From an uncultured Bacteroidota bacterium (GTDB lineage Bacteria; Bacteroidota; Bacteroidia; Bacteroidales; UBA12481): DNA of 64,000 nt. Shown here in pieces: positions 63,201 through 64,000 of the stretch. The notes under the pieces are model-generated. The model had not been told where the DNA came from. It saw nothing but the letters and a program-made list of their open reading frames with translations, and did no database searches. Position 1 is the stretch's first letter, and each line of letters starts with the position of its first letter. The stretch is from contig OW818688.1 of NCBI GenBank assembly GCA_942493265.1, positions 2,121,467-2,185,466 of the forward strand, in the 5' to 3' direction. The position numbers and the translations under genes are program-made.

Positions 63201-63529
63201 TTGCCCCCTCGGATAAGCCGATCGTTCTGCTGATCAATGAGCAATCACTCAGTGATGCCGAAATGACTTCTGCCGGATTCAAGGCCTTGAAACTGGGTAC
63301 CATTATCGGAACCGAAACCTACCGGTGGATAATCTTTACTTCAGGCAAAGGCCTGGTGGATGGTTCATCGTACCGTTTGCCCGGTTGGGGTTGTTACACG
63401 CTGGATGGTGAGGATCTGGAAGTTACCGGGGTGAAACCTGATATCTACATTAAAAATACCTTCCTCGACCGGCTAAATGGCCGCGATCCGCAGCTGACCA
63501 AAGCGGTTGATGTTATTTTGAAGAAGTAG
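60293..63529 (+). CDS. Tricorn-like S41 family protease, paralog 2
   Basis: 1078 aa with the same architecture as paralog 1 (ARFSPDGKWIAFTG, FSPDGEYVIYTA blades; PDZ-like; S41 core with INEQSLSDAEMT). The N-terminus is a signal peptide followed by a repeat-derived linker. Confidence 0.85.
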   Translation: MKSLLLPLLLLFTTVSATTSPFSVIPAEAGTVLPAAASTVLPAEPGTYFLSSPALSPDAKTIVFSFESDLWKADIATGNATRLTAMQGYESSARFSPDGKWIAFTGRQFGNGDVFVIPMEGGEIRQLTWHSANDDVENWSWDSKSIYFTSGRLNSGTVYKVALEGGNPVRLFEHYFNTIHNLAENPKTGELFFNDTWESQSMASRKRYKGDYNPDIQSYNPKTGDYKKYTEWIGKDMWATIDQGGTIYFISDEKNGEYNLCKLENGKTKNLTSYKTSIKRPIVSADGSMVIFEKDYQLFTYEPASDKTVKLSIRINRNSILPKEQNFATLNKISDYDVSPDNKKIAFISRGELFVCDIDGKYIVSMFPASSPSSPANSFERVMSIKWLADNKTLLFNQTWNGYLNWFTLSADGTGEPKQLTTDKANNRDIVLNKDLTKAVYINGRDELRLMDLKTMESKLLLKDEFWGFQNGEPGFSPDGEYVIYTAKRNFEDEIFVYHLKSGVITNLTGTGVAESSPVWSGDGKYIYFSTNRTQPTYPTGGGASHIYRFALDRIDAPFRTDEFDKLWKKEVVAAKDPAAKKDSTAAKKDTIAPISINTDRIWERFELISPGFGSQGGPFVIQKGDKTTVLYYSNHAMGAGALWKTVLSPWDPPKTEKIEGAAPGSIVKADDKFYMLSGGIIYKLNVDGNKADKIDIANFNFTRNLADEFRQMFEETWANMEGDYYHEKLHGADWLAYKSYYQQFLPYLNNRNDLRVLMSDMLGELNSSHQGFNSYGEEEAGRLNYTTLETGILYEESAPFTVKRIVARSAVDRSTIDIQPGDVLVKVNGETVNPATPRDFYFYRPAMEPEMVLTFKRKGVDRDVKIHPMAYQTLNRNLYDEWVDGNRERVNELSKNRIAYAQMKDMGGGELENFLMTMTRDLAGKDGLILDLRFNTGGNVHDEVLRFLSQRTYLQWKSRGGKLANQSNFAPSDKPIVLLINEQSLSDAEMTSAGFKALKLGTIIGTETYRWIIFTSGKGLVDGSSYRLPGWGCYTLDGEDLEVTGVKPDIYIKNTFLDRLNGRDPQLTKAVDVILKK
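60351..60433. repeat. Family A variant element lying in-frame inside the protease coding sequence
   Basis: CCCCCTTCTCTGTCATCCCCGCGGAGGCGGGGACCGTCCTCCCCGCGGCAGCAAGTACTGTCCTCCCCGCGGAACCGGGGACC encodes SPFSVIPAEAGTVLPAAASTVLPAEPGT. The first 34 nt match the reverse complement of 27338-27382. Confidence 0.8.
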
Positions 63530-64000
63530 GATCTGACTGACCCGGACGGATGATCAGCCGGAGCGACTGGTCGTAGGTGAGGTAGTTCCATGCCCAGTTG
63601 AGGAATATGAAAAACCGGTTTTTTGTTCCTACAATGGCCATGAGGTGAACGAGTAACCAGATCAGCCAGGCGAGAAATCCTCCGATGTGGAGGCGGCCGA
63701 GATCGACAACGGCTTTGTTGCGTCCTACAGTCGCCATCGATCCTTTATCGTGATACGAAAACGGAATCGGTTCAACCTTGTTTTTCATTCGCAATAGGTT
63801 CTTTGCCAGGAGTCTGGCCTGCTGGATGGCTGGCTGGGCTACCTGCGGATGGCCATTCGGAAAAGCATCCTCAATCATGATCGCCTGGTCGCCGATAACG
63901 TAAATATCTTCAAACGGAGCCAGCCGGTTGAACCGGTCTACCATCATTCTTCCGCCTCGGCCGCGGTCCGACTTTTCAAGTCCAGGGATGTCAGGAACCT
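63513..64000 (-). CDS. Type II NADH dehydrogenase-like FAD/NAD(P) oxidoreductase, C-terminal part (gene continues past the right edge)
   Basis: The frame stays open upstream of the track Met to nt 64000 (..DRGRGGRMMVDRFNRLAPFEDIYVIGDQA), matching the NDH-2 pattern RGGRI.VD....V.....IFAIGD. Its 3' end overlaps the protease 3' end by 17 nt. Confidence 0.8.
   Translation of the reverse strand, partial: VPDIPGLEKSDRGRGGRMMVDRFNRLAPFEDIYVIGDQAIMIEDAFPNGHPQVAQPAIQQARLLAKNLLRMKNKVEPIPFSYHDKGSMATVGRNKAVVDLGRLHIGGFLAWLIWLLVHLMAIVGTKNRFFIFLNWAWNYLTYDQSLRLIIRPGQSDPTSSK

Overview
This 64-kb segment reads as Bacteroidota. The evidence is a T9SS C-terminal sorting domain, CarboxypepD_reg-type TonB-dependent receptors, FISUMP and BF3164-type lipoproteins, lipobox signal peptides and TAnnTTTG -7 boxes. 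I call about 45 protein-coding genes: two are cut by the window edges, one is split by a frameshift and one is a tentative micro-ORF. I found no rRNA, tRNA, CRISPR array, transposase or integrase. Core genes include two divergent tricorn-like S41 proteases (one near each end), an M14 carboxypeptidase, prfC, tpx, nfo, and a quinol-type NO reductase with a divergent Rrf2 regulator. There are also glycan-degradation genes (GH29 fucosidase, Asp-box propeller, GH127-like, GH63/37-like), a GAF histidine kinase and a 1403-aa T9SS cargo protein. Accessory genes include a GNAT, a DUF4143 AAA ATPase, yefM-yoeB, a co-oriented string of envelope-only genes at 13.8-21.7 kb, a split Bro-N gene and an AT-rich insert at 27.9-31.1 kb. 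The most unusual signal is non-genic. At least four short-repeat families fill the intergenic DNA and intrude into coding sequence. (1) An in-frame 9-bp tandem repeat encodes the (LTF)n hydrophobic core of two predicted signal peptides and also occurs as an orphan copy. (2) A GAAA-tetraloop hairpin family supplies a stop codon and an in-frame linker in a protease. (3) A ~70-bp double-hairpin family forms a 284-bp tandem array and brackets the accessory block. (4) A 57-bp inverted repeat pair flanks a single glycosidase gene. My two best candidates for an undescribed system are the repeat-built signal-peptide module and the all-envelope lipoprotein/receptor/Cys-rich-protein cluster. All family assignments come from motif recognition by eye; no searches were run.
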